Source of the DNA: Gammaproteobacteria bacterium
GTDB taxonomy: Bacteria > Pseudomonadota > Gammaproteobacteria > GCA-001735895
Direction of reading: 5' to 3'
Assembly: GCA_022340305.1 (NCBI GenBank)
Contig: JAJDOF010000026.1
Span: forward strand, 17,627-81,626
DNA: 64,000 bases
Positions 28,542 through 39,261 of the stretch are shown one piece after another. How positions within the stretch are numbered: position 1 is the stretch's first letter; the number at the start of each line of letters is the position of its first letter. The notes below the pieces were generated by a model. That model saw only the letters and a program-made list of their open reading frames with translations. It ran no database searches and was not told the origin of the DNA. A program made the position numbers and the translations under genes.

Positions 28542-29659
28542 ATCAGTCGCTGGATAACGACACAATTTCCTACAGCCGCCGCATCATGGATGCGTTGCGA
28601 CTGGATCCGGTGTTGTTGGCACTGTTGTTGATTCTGGCGAGTTTTGGCAGCCTGGTGCTGTACAGCGCCAGCGGCGCCGATAGCGGTGCTGTGCTGAGAC
28701 AGGGGTCTCGAATCGTGGTCGCGTTGTTGCTGCTGGTCGCCATTGCCAATGTTCCGCTGCGGGTCATTCGCAAGTTTTCCATCTGGCTGTACATTGGCGG
28801 CGTTTTGATGCTGATCGCGGTGATGTTTTTTGGCGAAGTCGGCAAGGGCGCGCAGCGCTGGCTCAATCTCGGCTTTATTCGCTTTCAGCCCTCCGAGATC
28901 CTGAAGCTTGCGGTGCCGATGATCGTCTCCGCCTACCTGGCCAATCGTGTGCTGCCGGTAGGATTGAAGGAGCTGGTGGTCTCTGCGGTGCTGGTAGTGG
29001 TGCCGGTTTTGCTGATTGCGCGCCAACCTGATCTCGGTACCGCTATCCTGGTCGGCAGTGCCGGCTTTTTTGTCCTGTTCCTGGCCGGCGTGCGCTGGCG
29101 CGTCATCATCAGCCTGGGTATATTGCTGTCGATGATGGCACCGTTGCTGTGGAAGTTTGCCCTGCACGACTATCAGCGCAACCGCATCCTGACGCTGTTA
29201 AACCCGGAAAACGATCCGCTCGGATCAGGCTATCACATCATCCAGTCTAAAATAGCCATCGGCTCTGGTGGTGTCTATGGCAAAGGTTGGCTGAACGGCA
29301 CTCAGTCGCAGCTCGATTTTATCCCGGAACGATCTACCGATTTCATATTCTCGGTTTTTGGTGAAGAATTCGGGTTCTTTGGATGTGTTGTATTGCTTTT
29401 ACTTTATCTCGCAATTATCTTTCGCGGTCTGTACATCGCCGCGCATTCGACGGAAAATTTCGGACGTTTACTGGCGGGCGCACTTAGTTTGACTTTCTTT
29501 GTCTATCTATTTGTGAATACCGGTATGGTTGCCGGTATGCTGCCGGTGGTTGGGGTACCTTTGCCACTGATCAGCTACGGTGGTACATCCATGGTCACCC
29601 TGATGATGGGGTTTGGTTTGATTATGTCGATACGGTCGGCAAAGCGATTTCTGGTCTGA
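28538..29659 (+). CDS. rodA: SEDS peptidoglycan polymerase RodA
   Basis: An FtsW/RodA/SpoVE-family polytopic protein that overlaps the mrdA stop. Confidence 0.9.
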   Translation: MNQSLDNDTISYSRRIMDALRLDPVLLALLLILASFGSLVLYSASGADSGAVLRQGSRIVVALLLLVAIANVPLRVIRKFSIWLYIGGVLMLIAVMFFGEVGKGAQRWLNLGFIRFQPSEILKLAVPMIVSAYLANRVLPVGLKELVVSAVLVVVPVLLIARQPDLGTAILVGSAGFFVLFLAGVRWRVIISLGILLSMMAPLLWKFALHDYQRNRILTLLNPENDPLGSGYHIIQSKIAIGSGGVYGKGWLNGTQSQLDFIPERSTDFIFSVFGEEFGFFGCVVLLLLYLAIIFRGLYIAAHSTENFGRLLAGALSLTFFVYLFVNTGMVAGMLPVVGVPLPLISYGGTSMVTLMMGFGLIMSIRSAKRFLV

Positions 29660-30654
29660 TGAGAACAATACTGCTTAGTCTGGGACTTATGCTGGCGTCG
29701 ACGGCGTCGGCGCTCGAGATTACTTCGGGCGATTATCAGGGGCGGGCCGATGTGGTTGCCTTCGTGCAGCGTGTGGCCGCCGCTTCCACTTACAGTGAGC
29801 AGGAACTGGCTGATTTGTTTGGCCAGGTTGAAAAGCAGGAGCACCTGTTTGAAAAGCTGGACAAGCCTGCCGAGAAAGAGCTCGAGTGGTACCAGTATCG
29901 TCGCATCTTTATCAAGGACAAGCGCATCAGTGAAGGCGTTGAATTCTGGCGTAAGCACCGCCGGTTGCTGGCCGAGGTAAGCGAAAAGATGGGTGTCCCC
30001 GAGGAGATTATCGTTGCCATCATCGGGGTCGAAACATTTTACGGGGTCTACCGTGGCAAGGACCCGGTTTTTGATAGCCTGGTGACGCTGGCTTTCGACT
30101 ACCCGCGACGCGCAGAGTTTTTTACTACTGAACTGGAACAATTCCTGTTGCTGGCAAAAGAGCAGCGTTTTGAGGTTCGCAGCCTGCGCGGATCCTACGC
30201 TGGCGCGATGGGTATGCCGCAATTCATTGCTTCGAGTTATCGCAGTTACGCCATCGATTTCGATGGCGACGGGCAAGCCAATTTGTTTGATAGCATTCCG
30301 GATATCGCTGGAAGTGTGGCTAATTATTTCGTCAGGCACGGCTGGCAACGCGACGGAAGAGTGGCGCGACCACTGACGGCCATTGCAAACAATTCGATCC
30401 ATCAGCTCACGCCCGGGGTAAAACCCAACTACAAGTGGCAGGATTTAAAACAAAATGGTTTGCTGTCGAAGATTCCCATTGAAGAAGAATCGCCAGTCGC
30501 TTTGGTCGAGTTACAGCAGCAGGATCATCCTGAATACTGGGCAGGGTTCGAAAATTTTTACGTGATAACGCGGTATAACCACAGCGAACTCTACGCAATG
30601 GCGGTTTACCAGCTTGCCATGCTGATCAGCCACGAGTTCAAAAAGGAAATATGA
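29659..30654 (+). CDS. mltB: Lytic murein transglycosylase B
   Basis: GVPEEIIVAIIGVETFYG and GAMGMPQFIASSY motifs, with a signal peptide. Confidence 0.85.
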   Translation: MRTILLSLGLMLASTASALEITSGDYQGRADVVAFVQRVAAASTYSEQELADLFGQVEKQEHLFEKLDKPAEKELEWYQYRRIFIKDKRISEGVEFWRKHRRLLAEVSEKMGVPEEIIVAIIGVETFYGVYRGKDPVFDSLVTLAFDYPRRAEFFTTELEQFLLLAKEQRFEVRSLRGSYAGAMGMPQFIASSYRSYAIDFDGDGQANLFDSIPDIAGSVANYFVRHGWQRDGRVARPLTAIANNSIHQLTPGVKPNYKWQDLKQNGLLSKIPIEEESPVALVELQQQDHPEYWAGFENFYVITRYNHSELYAMAVYQLAMLISHEFKKEI

Positions 30655-31439
30655 GACTTTGCCTGGCAGCAACATTGTTAGCCGTTTTGCTCGGCGGTTG
30701 TACCTTCGGCGTTCCGATCGGCAATCGTGGACAGCAACCGAGCTCCGGGGTGCCGGCGACGCCGCCGTCGCAACAGGGTAACCCTTCTTCCTATGTTGTC
30801 TTTGGCAAGCGCTATTATGTACTGGACAATTCGGCAGGCTTCGTACAGCGCGGAGTCGCCTCCTGGTACGGCACCAAGTTTCACGGCCGCCAGACCTCGA
30901 GCGGCGAGATTTACAATATGCATGCGATGACCGCTGCGCATAAGACACTGCCGATTCCCGTCTACGTGCACGTCAAGAACCTCGACAACGGTCGTTCTGC
31001 GGTGGTGCGAGTCAATGATCGGGGTCCATTCATTTCAGGGCGCATTATCGATTTATCCTATGCCGCCGCGCAAAAACTGGGAGTAGACGGCCCGGGTACT
31101 GCCAATGTCGAAATCAGCGTGCTCGCCGAAGGCGAGCACAAGCCTACGAGCGTGGTTCGCAGTATCCCGCTGAATACCGAGCTCACCCAGGATTTGCCGA
31201 TGTTTATCCAGATGGGTTCTTTTTCCAGTCAGCTCAATGCAAATAACATGGTGCAGAGCCTCGTTGCCGCCAACGAGACGGCTGTGCTGATTTCGCACCT
31301 GCAAACTGACGACGGATTGTATTACCGGGTCCGTGTCGGCCCGCTGTTCGATATCGATGAGGCCAATGCTATTCTGTCGCGGCTACGTGGCAAGGGCTAC
31401 CAAACTGCACATATCGTGGTCCAGGACGATGCCGAATAA
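30651..31439 (+). CDS. rlpA: Septal ring lytic transglycosylase RlpA (DPBB + SPOR)
   Basis: Lipobox LLGGC, GVASWYGTKFHGRQTSSGEIYNM...VRVNDRGPF, and a C-terminal SPOR-like domain. Confidence 0.9.
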   Translation: MRLCLAATLLAVLLGGCTFGVPIGNRGQQPSSGVPATPPSQQGNPSSYVVFGKRYYVLDNSAGFVQRGVASWYGTKFHGRQTSSGEIYNMHAMTAAHKTLPIPVYVHVKNLDNGRSAVVRVNDRGPFISGRIIDLSYAAAQKLGVDGPGTANVEISVLAEGEHKPTSVVRSIPLNTELTQDLPMFIQMGSFSSQLNANNMVQSLVAANETAVLISHLQTDDGLYYRVRVGPLFDIDEANAILSRLRGKGYQTAHIVVQDDAE

Positions 31440-31510
31440 ACCTTGTGAGCCACCGGCTTGGTCGTTACAATCTCGTCTCTTGTGAATTCCCCATTTCCCT
31501 ACCTGGCCCT

Positions 31511-32650
31511 ATGAAATTCGTCTCGTTACTGTTTTGTCTGACGGCGCTGCTGATGCCAGCAGTCTCCTCGGGGGCTGCCAAGCCTATACCCGATCCTCCC
31601 GAACTCAACGCCACCAGCTACTTCCTGGTTGATTATGATTCCGGCCGGGTGCTCGCAGAAAAAACCCCCGATGATCCGGTTGAGCCGGCCAGCATCACCA
31701 AGTTGATGACGGCTTACCTGGTGGACAAGGCGATTGCCGCCGGTGATGTCGCACTGGACGATATGGTCACCATCAGCGAAAAAGCCTGGCGTATGAAAGG
31801 GTCCAAGATGTTTGTCGAAGTAGGCAAAGAAGTGACGGTGGAAGATCTGCTCAAGGGCCTGATTATCCAGTCCGGGAACGATGCCAGCGTCGCGTTGGCC
31901 GAGCATATTGCCGGATCGGAATCGGCATTTGCCGGTTACATGAACCACCAGGCGAAGCTGCTGGGCATGAACAATACCAACTACGTCAACGCGACCGGCT
32001 GGCCGGATGAAAACCATTACAGCAGTGCGCGCGATATTGCTATTCTGACACGCGCAATCATTGCCGATTTTCCCGAGTCTTACCGTCTTTACAAGGAGCG
32101 CGAATACACCTTCAACAAGATTCGCCAGTTCAATCGAAATCGACTGTTGTGGCGTGACGATTCGGTTGACGGTGTCAAGACGGGGCATACCGAGGCGGCT
32201 GGATTCTGCCTGGTGGCGTCGGCCGAACGCGAAGAAATGCGCCTGATCTCGGTGGTTCTCGGTACCGACTCGGACAAGGCGCGCACGCAGAGCAGCCAGT
32301 CGTTGCTTAACTATGGTTTTCGCTATTTTGAAACCCACAAGCTGTATCGAGCCGACGAGGTATTAAAGACCACGCGTATCTGGTACGGCGACCAGGAGCA
32401 GCTCAGCATGGGTGTTGGCAAAGATATCTATATCACGATTCCGCGTGGGCGTTATCGTGACCTGGATGCGTCGATGGAAATTGATAGTGAAATTTCGGCG
32501 CCGATTGACCGCGGACAGTCGCTGGGGCAGGTGAACATCAAGCTCGATGACGAACTGATCCTCAGTGAATCCATCGTGGCTATGCAGGCCGTCAACGAGG
32601 GCAGCCTGATCGACCAGGCGCTGGACAAGATCAAGTTGATGTTTCGCTGA
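31511..32650 (+). CDS. dacA: D-alanyl-D-alanine carboxypeptidase (PBP5/6 class)
   Basis: I chose the ATG at 31511 (MKFVSLLFCL). It has SITKLM (SxxK), SGN and KTGHT motifs. Synteny is as in the E. coli mrdAB-rlpA-dacA-ybeD-lipB cluster. Confidence 0.85.
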   Translation: MKFVSLLFCLTALLMPAVSSGAAKPIPDPPELNATSYFLVDYDSGRVLAEKTPDDPVEPASITKLMTAYLVDKAIAAGDVALDDMVTISEKAWRMKGSKMFVEVGKEVTVEDLLKGLIIQSGNDASVALAEHIAGSESAFAGYMNHQAKLLGMNNTNYVNATGWPDENHYSSARDIAILTRAIIADFPESYRLYKEREYTFNKIRQFNRNRLLWRDDSVDGVKTGHTEAAGFCLVASAEREEMRLISVVLGTDSDKARTQSSQSLLNYGFRYFETHKLYRADEVLKTTRIWYGDQEQLSMGVGKDIYITIPRGRYRDLDASMEIDSEISAPIDRGQSLGQVNIKLDDELILSESIVAMQAVNEGSLIDQALDKIKLMFR

Positions 32651-32937
32651 TGACCGAGCTGCCGGAATCTACGGAATCCGCGCTGGCCCTGATCGAGTAT
32701 CCCAGCCGTTTTCCCCTCAAGGTGTTGGGCAAGCAGTCCGAAGAATTTGAAGCCATTGTGCTCGCCCTGGTACGGGCGAGATGCCCGCAGGCGGAGCACA
32801 TTGAAATCAGCAGGCGCAGCAGCAAGGGCGGCAAGTACCTGGCACTCACCCTGACCTTTACTGTCCACACTCAGCGCCAACTGGAAGATATTTACGCCGA
32901 CCTGTATGCCTGTGAACAGGTCATGATGTCGCTCTAG
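32650..32937 (+). CDS. ybeD: YbeD (DUF493) family protein
   Basis: A 95-aa protein with YPSRFPLKVLGK, in the conserved position before lipB. Confidence 0.85.
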   Translation: MTELPESTESALALIEYPSRFPLKVLGKQSEEFEAIVLALVRARCPQAEHIEISRRSSKGGKYLALTLTFTVHTQRQLEDIYADLYACEQVMMSL

Positions 32938-32948
32938 ACCGCAGGCCA

Positions 32949-33590
32949 ATGCAACCGCATCAACTGGAAGTCGTTCACCTCGGTAGATCCGATTACCAGG
33001 CAACCTGGGCGGCGATGCGTGACTATACCCACCAGCGAATAGCGCAGACCTCCGACCAGTTATGGATAACCGAGCATCCACCGGTATTTACGCAGGGACT
33101 CAACGGCCGCGCCCTACACGTTCTCGATCCCGGTAACATACCGCTAGTCCAGGTCGACCGCGGCGGACAGGTGACCTATCATGGGCCGGGACAGCTGATT
33201 ATCTATTGCCTGCTCGATCTGAACCGCTGTGGGTTGGGTGTCAAGCGGCTGGTCGCGAAAATTGAGCAGTCGATAATCGCTTTGCTGGAAAGCTACCACA
33301 TCGAGGCACATGCGCGAGCCGGTGCCCCGGGTGTTTACGTCGATCAGGCAAAGATTGCGGCGCTTGGTTTGCGCATTCGAAAAGGATGTTGCTATCATGG
33401 CCTGAGTTTGAATGTCGATATGGAACTGGAACCGTTTAGCCGCATCGATCCCTGTGGTTACCCTGGGCTCGCGGTCACCCAGCTGCGCGATCTCGGAGTT
33501 AAGATTAGTGTCGAACAGGCAGGATACGAGCTGGCCGATCTCATTAAAGGACTACTAAGTGAAAAAGAATCAGGTAATACAGGGCGTTAA
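32949..33590 (+). CDS. lipB: Octanoyltransferase LipB
   Basis: [16 protein letters not shown] and PGVYV...KIAALGLRI motifs. Confidence 0.9.
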   Translation: MQPHQLEVVHLGRSDYQATWAAMRDYTHQRIAQTSDQLWITEHPPVFTQGLNGRALHVLDPGNIPLVQVDRGGQVTYHGPGQLIIYCLLDLNRCGLGVKRLVAKIEQSIIALLESYHIEAHARAGAPGVYVDQAKIAALGLRIRKGCCYHGLSLNVDMELEPFSRIDPCGYPGLAVTQLRDLGVKISVEQAGYELADLIKGLLSEKESGNTGR

Positions 33591-34512
33591 GCTCAAGGGC
33601 CTCGACAAGGTCGCGCGTATTCCCATCAAAGTGGTGCCTTCCACCTCGGTGAAGCGCAAACCCGCCTGGATTCGCGCCAAGGCGCCTACCGGCGACCGCG
33701 TGCGCCAGTTGAAGGCACGCCTGCGCGAAAACAGTCTTTTCACTGTTTGCGAAGAAGCGTCCTGCCCGAACCTCGGCGAGTGTTTTTCCAAGGGGACGGC
33801 GACCTTCATGATCATGGGCGATATCTGTACACGTCGCTGCCCGTTCTGCGATGTTGGCCATGGTCGACCCAATGCACTCGATGCGTCGGAACCTGCGAAC
33901 CTGGCGCGCACCATCAACGCCATGGGCTTGAGCTACGTCGTCATCACCTCGGTTGATCGCGATGATTTGCGCGATGGTGGCGCCAGCCACTTTGTCGAGT
34001 GTATCCTGGAAACGCGCAAGCTGAACCCTGATATCAAGATCGAAATCCTGACCCCGGACTTCCGTGGACGCATGGATGTGGCGCTCGAAATCATGACCCA
34101 GGCACCGCCCGACGTGTTTAACCACAATCTCGAATCGGTACCCTCACTGTACAAGAAGATCCGTCCGGGATCCGATTACCAGTGGTCTTTGGATCTGTTG
34201 CAGGCGTTCAGGCGCCTGCACCCGGGGGTGCCGACCAAGTCGGGGTTGATGCTCGGACTCGGCGAAGAGATCGACGAGGTGAAGCAGGTGTTGCGCGATA
34301 TGCGCGCACACGATGTGAACATGTTGACTCTCGGTCAGTATTTGCAACCCAGCCTGGATCACCTCGCTGTCGAGCGTTTCGTAACGCCCGCCGAGTTCGA
34401 TGAACTCGGCGTCTATGCCGAGTCTATCGGTTTCGACCAGGTCGCCAGCGGCCCGATGGTTCGCTCTTCCTATCACGCGGACTTACAGGCCGAGTCCGTC
34501 CTCAACGCCTAG
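33559..34512 (+). CDS. lipA: Lipoyl synthase LipA
   Basis: [13 protein letters not shown] and [18 protein letters not shown] motifs. The GTG start overlaps lipB, so the start is uncertain. Confidence 0.9.
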   Translation: MKKNQVIQGVKLKGLDKVARIPIKVVPSTSVKRKPAWIRAKAPTGDRVRQLKARLRENSLFTVCEEASCPNLGECFSKGTATFMIMGDICTRRCPFCDVGHGRPNALDASEPANLARTINAMGLSYVVITSVDRDDLRDGGASHFVECILETRKLNPDIKIEILTPDFRGRMDVALEIMTQAPPDVFNHNLESVPSLYKKIRPGSDYQWSLDLLQAFRRLHPGVPTKSGLMLGLGEEIDEVKQVLRDMRAHDVNMLTLGQYLQPSLDHLAVERFVTPAEFDELGVYAESIGFDQVASGPMVRSSYHADLQAESVLNA

Positions 34513-34683
34513 CTTTCTACTGCGGCGGCGCTATGGCGCACTCTGCCGGACTTTCACTCGGTCAGAGCGCTCAACATAGTATGACTATGCCTGCGCACTC
34601 TTCGGTCGTGAAAGTCCTGCAGAGCACACCCTGTCGCCGCCTCGCTACGAAAGCTGGTGAGATATGCAGGCTAGCCCGCGGGC
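34511..34683. repeat. Composite palindromic element, copy C, between convergent lipA and nadE
   Basis: An imperfect long inverted repeat spans 34511-34655. Its outer arms are AGCTTTC/GAAAGCT and its best core is CTCTGCCGGACTTTCAC (34541-34557) paired with GTGAAAGTCCTGCAGAG (34608-34624). It is directly followed by GGTGAGATATGCAGGCTAGCCCGC (34656-34679), which matches the right arm of copy A. It starts one nt after the TAG stop of lipA. Confidence 0.7.
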
Positions 34684-34702
34684 CCGGCTCTCGGAGTACA
34701 GG

Positions 34703-35533
34703 TTATTGGTCGTAGATAGAAGCGATCGGCTGGCGTTTGTGCGCGGTGCTGATGAAGATGTGGATCAGGCGCTCGGCGGCGCCGGCATCGATCTGCCGGC
34801 CTTCGAGAAAATCGTCGATCTGGTCGTAGCTCAGGCCGAGCGCGACCTCGTCGGCCTTCCCGGGTGCCAGGGTTTCAAGATCAGCAGTCGGCGTTTTGCT
34901 GATGATTTGCGCAGGCGCGCCAAGGTGGCGGGCGAGTAGCCGTACCTGTCGTTTGTTAAGGCCGAACAGTGGTACCAGGTCGCAGGCACCGTCGCCGTAC
35001 TTGGTATAGAAGCCGGTCACGTTCTCGGCCGAGTGATCGGTGCCGAGCACCAGCCCACCGAGCAGCCCAACCACTTCATACTGTGCGACCATGCGCACGC
35101 GCGCCTTGACGTTGCCCCTGGCGAAATCCTGTTTGCCGCTGTCGATATCACCCAGCCCCTGTGCTTCGAGTGCCTGTATCACCGACTGGTGAATTGCGTC
35201 GCTGCCGGGCTGTATGTTTATCGCCAGACTAGCGCCCGGTTGGATGAAGTCGATCGAGGTTTGCGCGTCGGCCTCGTCGGCCTGGGTCGCGTAAGGCAGG
35301 CGCACCGCAATAAAGCGATAGTCGCTGCCGTTTTGATTCAGTTCATCCACGGCGAGCTGCGCAAGACGCCCACAGGTGCAGGAATCGATACCGCCACTGA
35401 TGCCGAGCACGAGGCTTTTCTGGCCACTGAGCTCTAGCTGGAATTTGATGAAATCGATCCGGCGACGGATTTCAAAGTCGACGTCTATTTCGGGTAAAAC
35501 CTGCATTTCTGCAATGATATCGGCCTGGTTCAT
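34703..35533 (-). CDS. nadE: NH3-dependent NAD+ synthetase
   Basis: [11 protein letters not shown] (PP-loop) and a 276-aa length. Confidence 0.85.
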   Translation of the reverse strand: MNQADIIAEMQVLPEIDVDFEIRRRIDFIKFQLELSGQKSLVLGISGGIDSCTCGRLAQLAVDELNQNGSDYRFIAVRLPYATQADEADAQTSIDFIQPGASLAINIQPGSDAIHQSVIQALEAQGLGDIDSGKQDFARGNVKARVRMVAQYEVVGLLGGLVLGTDHSAENVTGFYTKYGDGACDLVPLFGLNKRQVRLLARHLGAPAQIISKTPTADLETLAPGKADEVALGLSYDQIDDFLEGRQIDAGAAERLIHIFISTAHKRQPIASIYDQ

Positions 35534-35542
35534 AGCTTTACT

Positions 35543-36586
35543 TCAGTAAGGTAACGGGTATCGGCGGTAAACAGACTGAATATCATCCAGCACTTCCGTA
35601 TCGAGTTCAAGTTCAGCGGCGCCGAGGTTGATCGCGAGTTGCTCCACACTGGTGGCACCGACGATGCTCGAGGTCACAAATGGCCGTTGGTTGCAGAATG
35701 CGATAGCCATTTGTGCGGGATCGAGACCATGTTTTTGTGCAATCGCCAGATATGCGTCGACCACCGGCCAGATATCGTCGTGTACGCGCCCGAACAGGTC
35801 GGGATTGAGGGTGAGGCGCGAGCCTGCGGGCCGCGCACCGTCTCGGTATTTGCCGGTAAGCAGACCACAGCCCAGCGGGGAATAGGGCAGCAGGCCGACC
35901 TGTTCGTGGTGCGATAATTCCGCGAGATCGAGATCGTGGGTTCGATACAGCAGGCTGTACTCGTTTTGTAGCGATACGATGCGTGGAAAACCGTGCTCTG
36001 TGGCGATGCGCAAAAACTGTGCACTGCCCCAGCAGGATTCATTGGACAGGCCGATACTGCGTATCTTGCCTTCATCGACCAGTTGCCCGAGGCATTCCAG
36101 TGACGAGTAGATGTGGTCGAGTGTCTGTTGCGTATCCTGGCGAGTTGCATCGAAGCGCCAGTTGTTGCGAAAGTGGTAGGTTCCACGGTTAGGCCAGTGC
36201 AGCTGGTACAGGTCGATGTGGTCGGTTTGCAGACGCCGCAGACTACCCTCGAGGCTGATACGAATCTTTTGCGGGCTGATATCGATGCCGTTCTGCAAAT
36301 ATTCATGGCCGTTACCTGCGACCTTGCTGGCGAGGATGAATGCGTCGCGGCGCCCGGATCTGGCGAACCAGCTGCCGATGATTTCCTCGGTCCTGCCCAC
36401 GGTTTCGGCCGACATCGGGTTTACCGGATACAATTCGGCGGTATCGATAAAATTGACGCCGTGATCGAGCGCGTAGTCGATCTGCGCATGGCCTTCGGCT
36501 TCGCTGTTTTGCGTGCCCCAGGTCATGGACCCGAGGCAGATCTCGCTGACTGCCAGGTCGCTATTGCCGAGATTTCGATATTCCAT
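35543..36586 (-). CDS. Aldo/keto reductase (Tas-like)
   Basis: MEYRNLGNSDLAVSEICLGSMTWG...NFIDTAELY is an AKR family N-terminus. Confidence 0.8.
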   Translation of the reverse strand: MEYRNLGNSDLAVSEICLGSMTWGTQNSEAEGHAQIDYALDHGVNFIDTAELYPVNPMSAETVGRTEEIIGSWFARSGRRDAFILASKVAGNGHEYLQNGIDISPQKIRISLEGSLRRLQTDHIDLYQLHWPNRGTYHFRNNWRFDATRQDTQQTLDHIYSSLECLGQLVDEGKIRSIGLSNESCWGSAQFLRIATEHGFPRIVSLQNEYSLLYRTHDLDLAELSHHEQVGLLPYSPLGCGLLTGKYRDGARPAGSRLTLNPDLFGRVHDDIWPVVDAYLAIAQKHGLDPAQMAIAFCNQRPFVTSSIVGATSVEQLAINLGAAELELDTEVLDDIQSVYRRYPLPY

Positions 36587-36687
36587 GGGTTTTGCCGTGC
36601 GGCGGTGATAACGGCGACAGATAGTAGCAGTCTGTCAGCGCTTGCACCACCGCAGGTCGCTGCGAGCCCGGGCATTACCGTGGTCGA

Positions 36688-37446
36688 TCAGGAGCGCTTT
36701 TCGTAATTGAGGGCGATGATGCGCTGGGTATCGCGTGCGAGCTGTTCCAGCCCCAGTGTCTGGTAGGCGGTTAGCTGCAATTCGAGCGTGGACTTGATGA
36801 CCTCGGTACCCTGATAATTTTGCAGGATGAACCGGGTTCTGCCGGTAACGGCAACCCAGGCTCCGAGCGAGGCGTAGTAATTGGCTACTGCAAAATCGGC
36901 ACGCGCCAGTTCGTTGCGCAGGAAAATCATGCGCTTGCGCGCGTCGGTTACATAATCGCTACTTGGAAAGCGTTGCGTGAGCAGTTTGAAATCATTATAG
37001 GCACGCAGTAACAGGTTGCGATCGAATTCCGACAGATCGCGCTCCACGATAACATCGAGGATGGTGCCGCCGCGCTCGAAATTGACCAGCCCCTTGAGAT
37101 AGTAGGCATAATCGACAGTCGGGTGGCGCGGGTGCAGTTTAATGAAGCGGTCGAGCGCGGTGATTGCGGAGTCCGGTTCCTCAAATTTGAAGTAAGCATA
37201 GGCGACGTCGATTTGCGCCTGCGTCGCGTACTTACCGAACGGAAATCGTGACTCGAGGGTTTCATAATATTCGATTGCGGTGAGGTAATTACCCTTGTCG
37301 AGTTCTGCGCGCGCCTCAAGGTAAAATTTTTCCACGCTCCAGTCTGCTGTCGGGTCGATTTCGCCCTTGCCGGGACCACAGCCGGCAAGCAGTATTAACG
37401 CACATAGCGTCAGCATGAGAATTGAAAAGGGGCGCATCGTAGTCAA
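36688..37446 (-). CDS. bamD: Outer membrane protein assembly factor BamD
   Basis: Lipobox LLAGC and TPR-like repeats. It is divergent from rluD, as is typical. Confidence 0.85.
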   Translation of the reverse strand: MTTMRPFSILMLTLCALILLAGCGPGKGEIDPTADWSVEKFYLEARAELDKGNYLTAIEYYETLESRFPFGKYATQAQIDVAYAYFKFEEPDSAITALDRFIKLHPRHPTVDYAYYLKGLVNFERGGTILDVIVERDLSEFDRNLLLRAYNDFKLLTQRFPSSDYVTDARKRMIFLRNELARADFAVANYYASLGAWVAVTGRTRFILQNYQGTEVIKSTLELQLTAYQTLGLEQLARDTQRIIALNYEKRS

Positions 37447-37517
37447 AGGTATATCAGGGGGCGTCGATTAGGCCTGGATCACTTGCTGTCCAACAGAACA
37501 AGCAGTATAACCAGCGC

Positions 37518-38462
37518 ATGAAATTAATTCAGCAAAGTTTCCAGGTTGAAAAAAATCAGGCTGGATACCGCCTCGACCATGCCCTGCAGCAATTACTGCC
37601 CGAATATTCACGCAGCCGCATCCAGCAATGGATTCAACAGGGCTTCGTCTGCCTCAACCAGCAGCCCTGTAAACCCCGGCAAAAGGTTTACAGCGGTGAC
37701 CTGGTCGATCTGGACGTTCCTGAACAAGTGGTAATCTCGGACCAGCCGGAAGCGATTGAATTCGAGATTCTACACCAGGACGAGGATATTTTCGTGGTTA
37801 ATAAACCGGCTGACCTGGTGGTGCATCCTGCCGCCGGACATTGGGATGGAACCCTGGTTAACGGCTTACTTGCGCGCGATCCACGATTACAGCAATTGCC
37901 GCGCGCCGGCATCGTGCATCGTCTCGACAAGGACACGACCGGTGTCATGGTGGTGGCTCGCAACCTGACCGCGCATAACTGGCTGGTTGAGCAGTTGCAG
38001 TCGCGCCTGGTGAAGCGTGAGTATGTTGCCGTTACCCGGGGTGTTGTGACTGCTGGAAGAACTATCGAAGCCAGTATCGGCCGTCATTCGCAGAATCGTA
38101 AGAAGATGGCCGTTGTCAACGGTGGCAAATCGGCCATCACTCACTTTCAGGTAGCGCGCAAGTTTGCCCATCACAGCTTGATCAGGCTGCAACTCGAAAC
38201 TGGCCGGACTCACCAGATCAGGGTGCACATGGCGCACCTGCAGTATCCTTTGCTCGGCGACAGTCTGTACGGAGGCCGCGCCCGTCTCCCCGCCGGTGTC
38301 GATGAGGCACTGGCCATGCTTGTGCAGAATTTTCGCCGCCAGGCGTTGCATGCCGAGCGACTCAGTTTCGAGCATCCCGGCAGCCATCAGATGGTCAGCT
38401 ATGAAGCCCCCCTGCCTGCCGACTTCGACGCACTGCTGGAGGGGTTGATTCAATATGATTGA
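37518..38462 (+). CDS. rluD: 23S rRNA pseudouridine synthase RluD
   Basis: S4 domain N-terminus, HRLDKDTTGVMVVA and THQIRVH motifs. Confidence 0.9.
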   Translation: MKLIQQSFQVEKNQAGYRLDHALQQLLPEYSRSRIQQWIQQGFVCLNQQPCKPRQKVYSGDLVDLDVPEQVVISDQPEAIEFEILHQDEDIFVVNKPADLVVHPAAGHWDGTLVNGLLARDPRLQQLPRAGIVHRLDKDTTGVMVVARNLTAHNWLVEQLQSRLVKREYVAVTRGVVTAGRTIEASIGRHSQNRKKMAVVNGGKSAITHFQVARKFAHHSLIRLQLETGRTHQIRVHMAHLQYPLLGDSLYGGRARLPAGVDEALAMLVQNFRRQALHAERLSFEHPGSHQMVSYEAPLPADFDALLEGLIQYD

Positions 38463-39183
38463 AACCCTCAAGCCGGACTGGGCGGCACCTCCGCAAATCA
38501 GCGCCTGCTGTACCACGCGCCGCGGTGGTGTCAGTCAGGAACCATTCGACAGTTTGAACCTCGGTTTGCACGTGGGCGATCGCGCCGACCATGTTCTGCA
38601 AAATCGCCAGCGGTTACGCGAAGAATTGCTGCTGCCATCGGATCCCTGCTGGATCAATCAGACGCACAGTGTCGAAGTGGTTACGCTGGAGCAGGACGAT
38701 AATCGTGATGCCGATGCCGCGATCACGCGTGAAGCAGGTCGTATTGCGGTCGTCATGACGGCCGATTGCCTGCCGATTTTGTTGTGCAATCGAGCAGGCA
38801 GCGAAGTCGCCGCAATCCATGCCGGATGGCGTGGTTTGCAGGCAGGCGTGATTCAGTCGACGCTGGCTGCGATGCATTCGTCGCCACGGCAATTGATGGC
38901 ATGGATCGGCCCGGGTATATCGCAGGCCAGTTTCGAGGTCGGTGATGAGGTATACGCCGCCTTTGTCGACGCTCTTCCCGGTGCTGCTTCCTGTTTTAGC
39001 GCCAATCGACCGGGGCACTGGCTGTGTGATCTCGCAGGTCTCGCAGCATCGGTGTTGCGCCGCGGCGGTGTCGCCGAGGTGTCACTGAGTCCGCATTGCA
39101 GTTACCGCGACGTGGAAATGTTTTATTCCTACCGCCACGAAACCGTTACTGGTCGTATGGCGAGCTTGATCTGGATCAACTAA
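38455..39183 (+). CDS. pgeF: Peptidoglycan editing factor PgeF (YfiH/DUF152)
   Basis: ADCLPILL and HAGWRG motifs, in the conserved rluD-yfiH-clpB order. Confidence 0.85.
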   Translation: MIETLKPDWAAPPQISACCTTRRGGVSQEPFDSLNLGLHVGDRADHVLQNRQRLREELLLPSDPCWINQTHSVEVVTLEQDDNRDADAAITREAGRIAVVMTADCLPILLCNRAGSEVAAIHAGWRGLQAGVIQSTLAAMHSSPRQLMAWIGPGISQASFEVGDEVYAAFVDALPGAASCFSANRPGHWLCDLAGLAASVLRRGGVAEVSLSPHCSYRDVEMFYSYRHETVTGRMASLIWIN

Positions 39184-39197
39184 TTCGGCTTGCCCGG

Positions 39198-39226
39198 CTT
39201 GAAAATACGCACTTCAGTCTTACATA
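39198..39226 (+). promoter_or_regulatory. Possible sigma-32 heat-shock promoter of clpB
   Basis: CTTGAAA (39198-39204) followed after about 15 nt by TTACATAA. This is only a partial match to the CCCCATNT -10 consensus. Confidence 0.3.
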
Positions 39227-39261
39227 ACCATTCAATTTATAATGTTTAGAGGCTTGTAATA

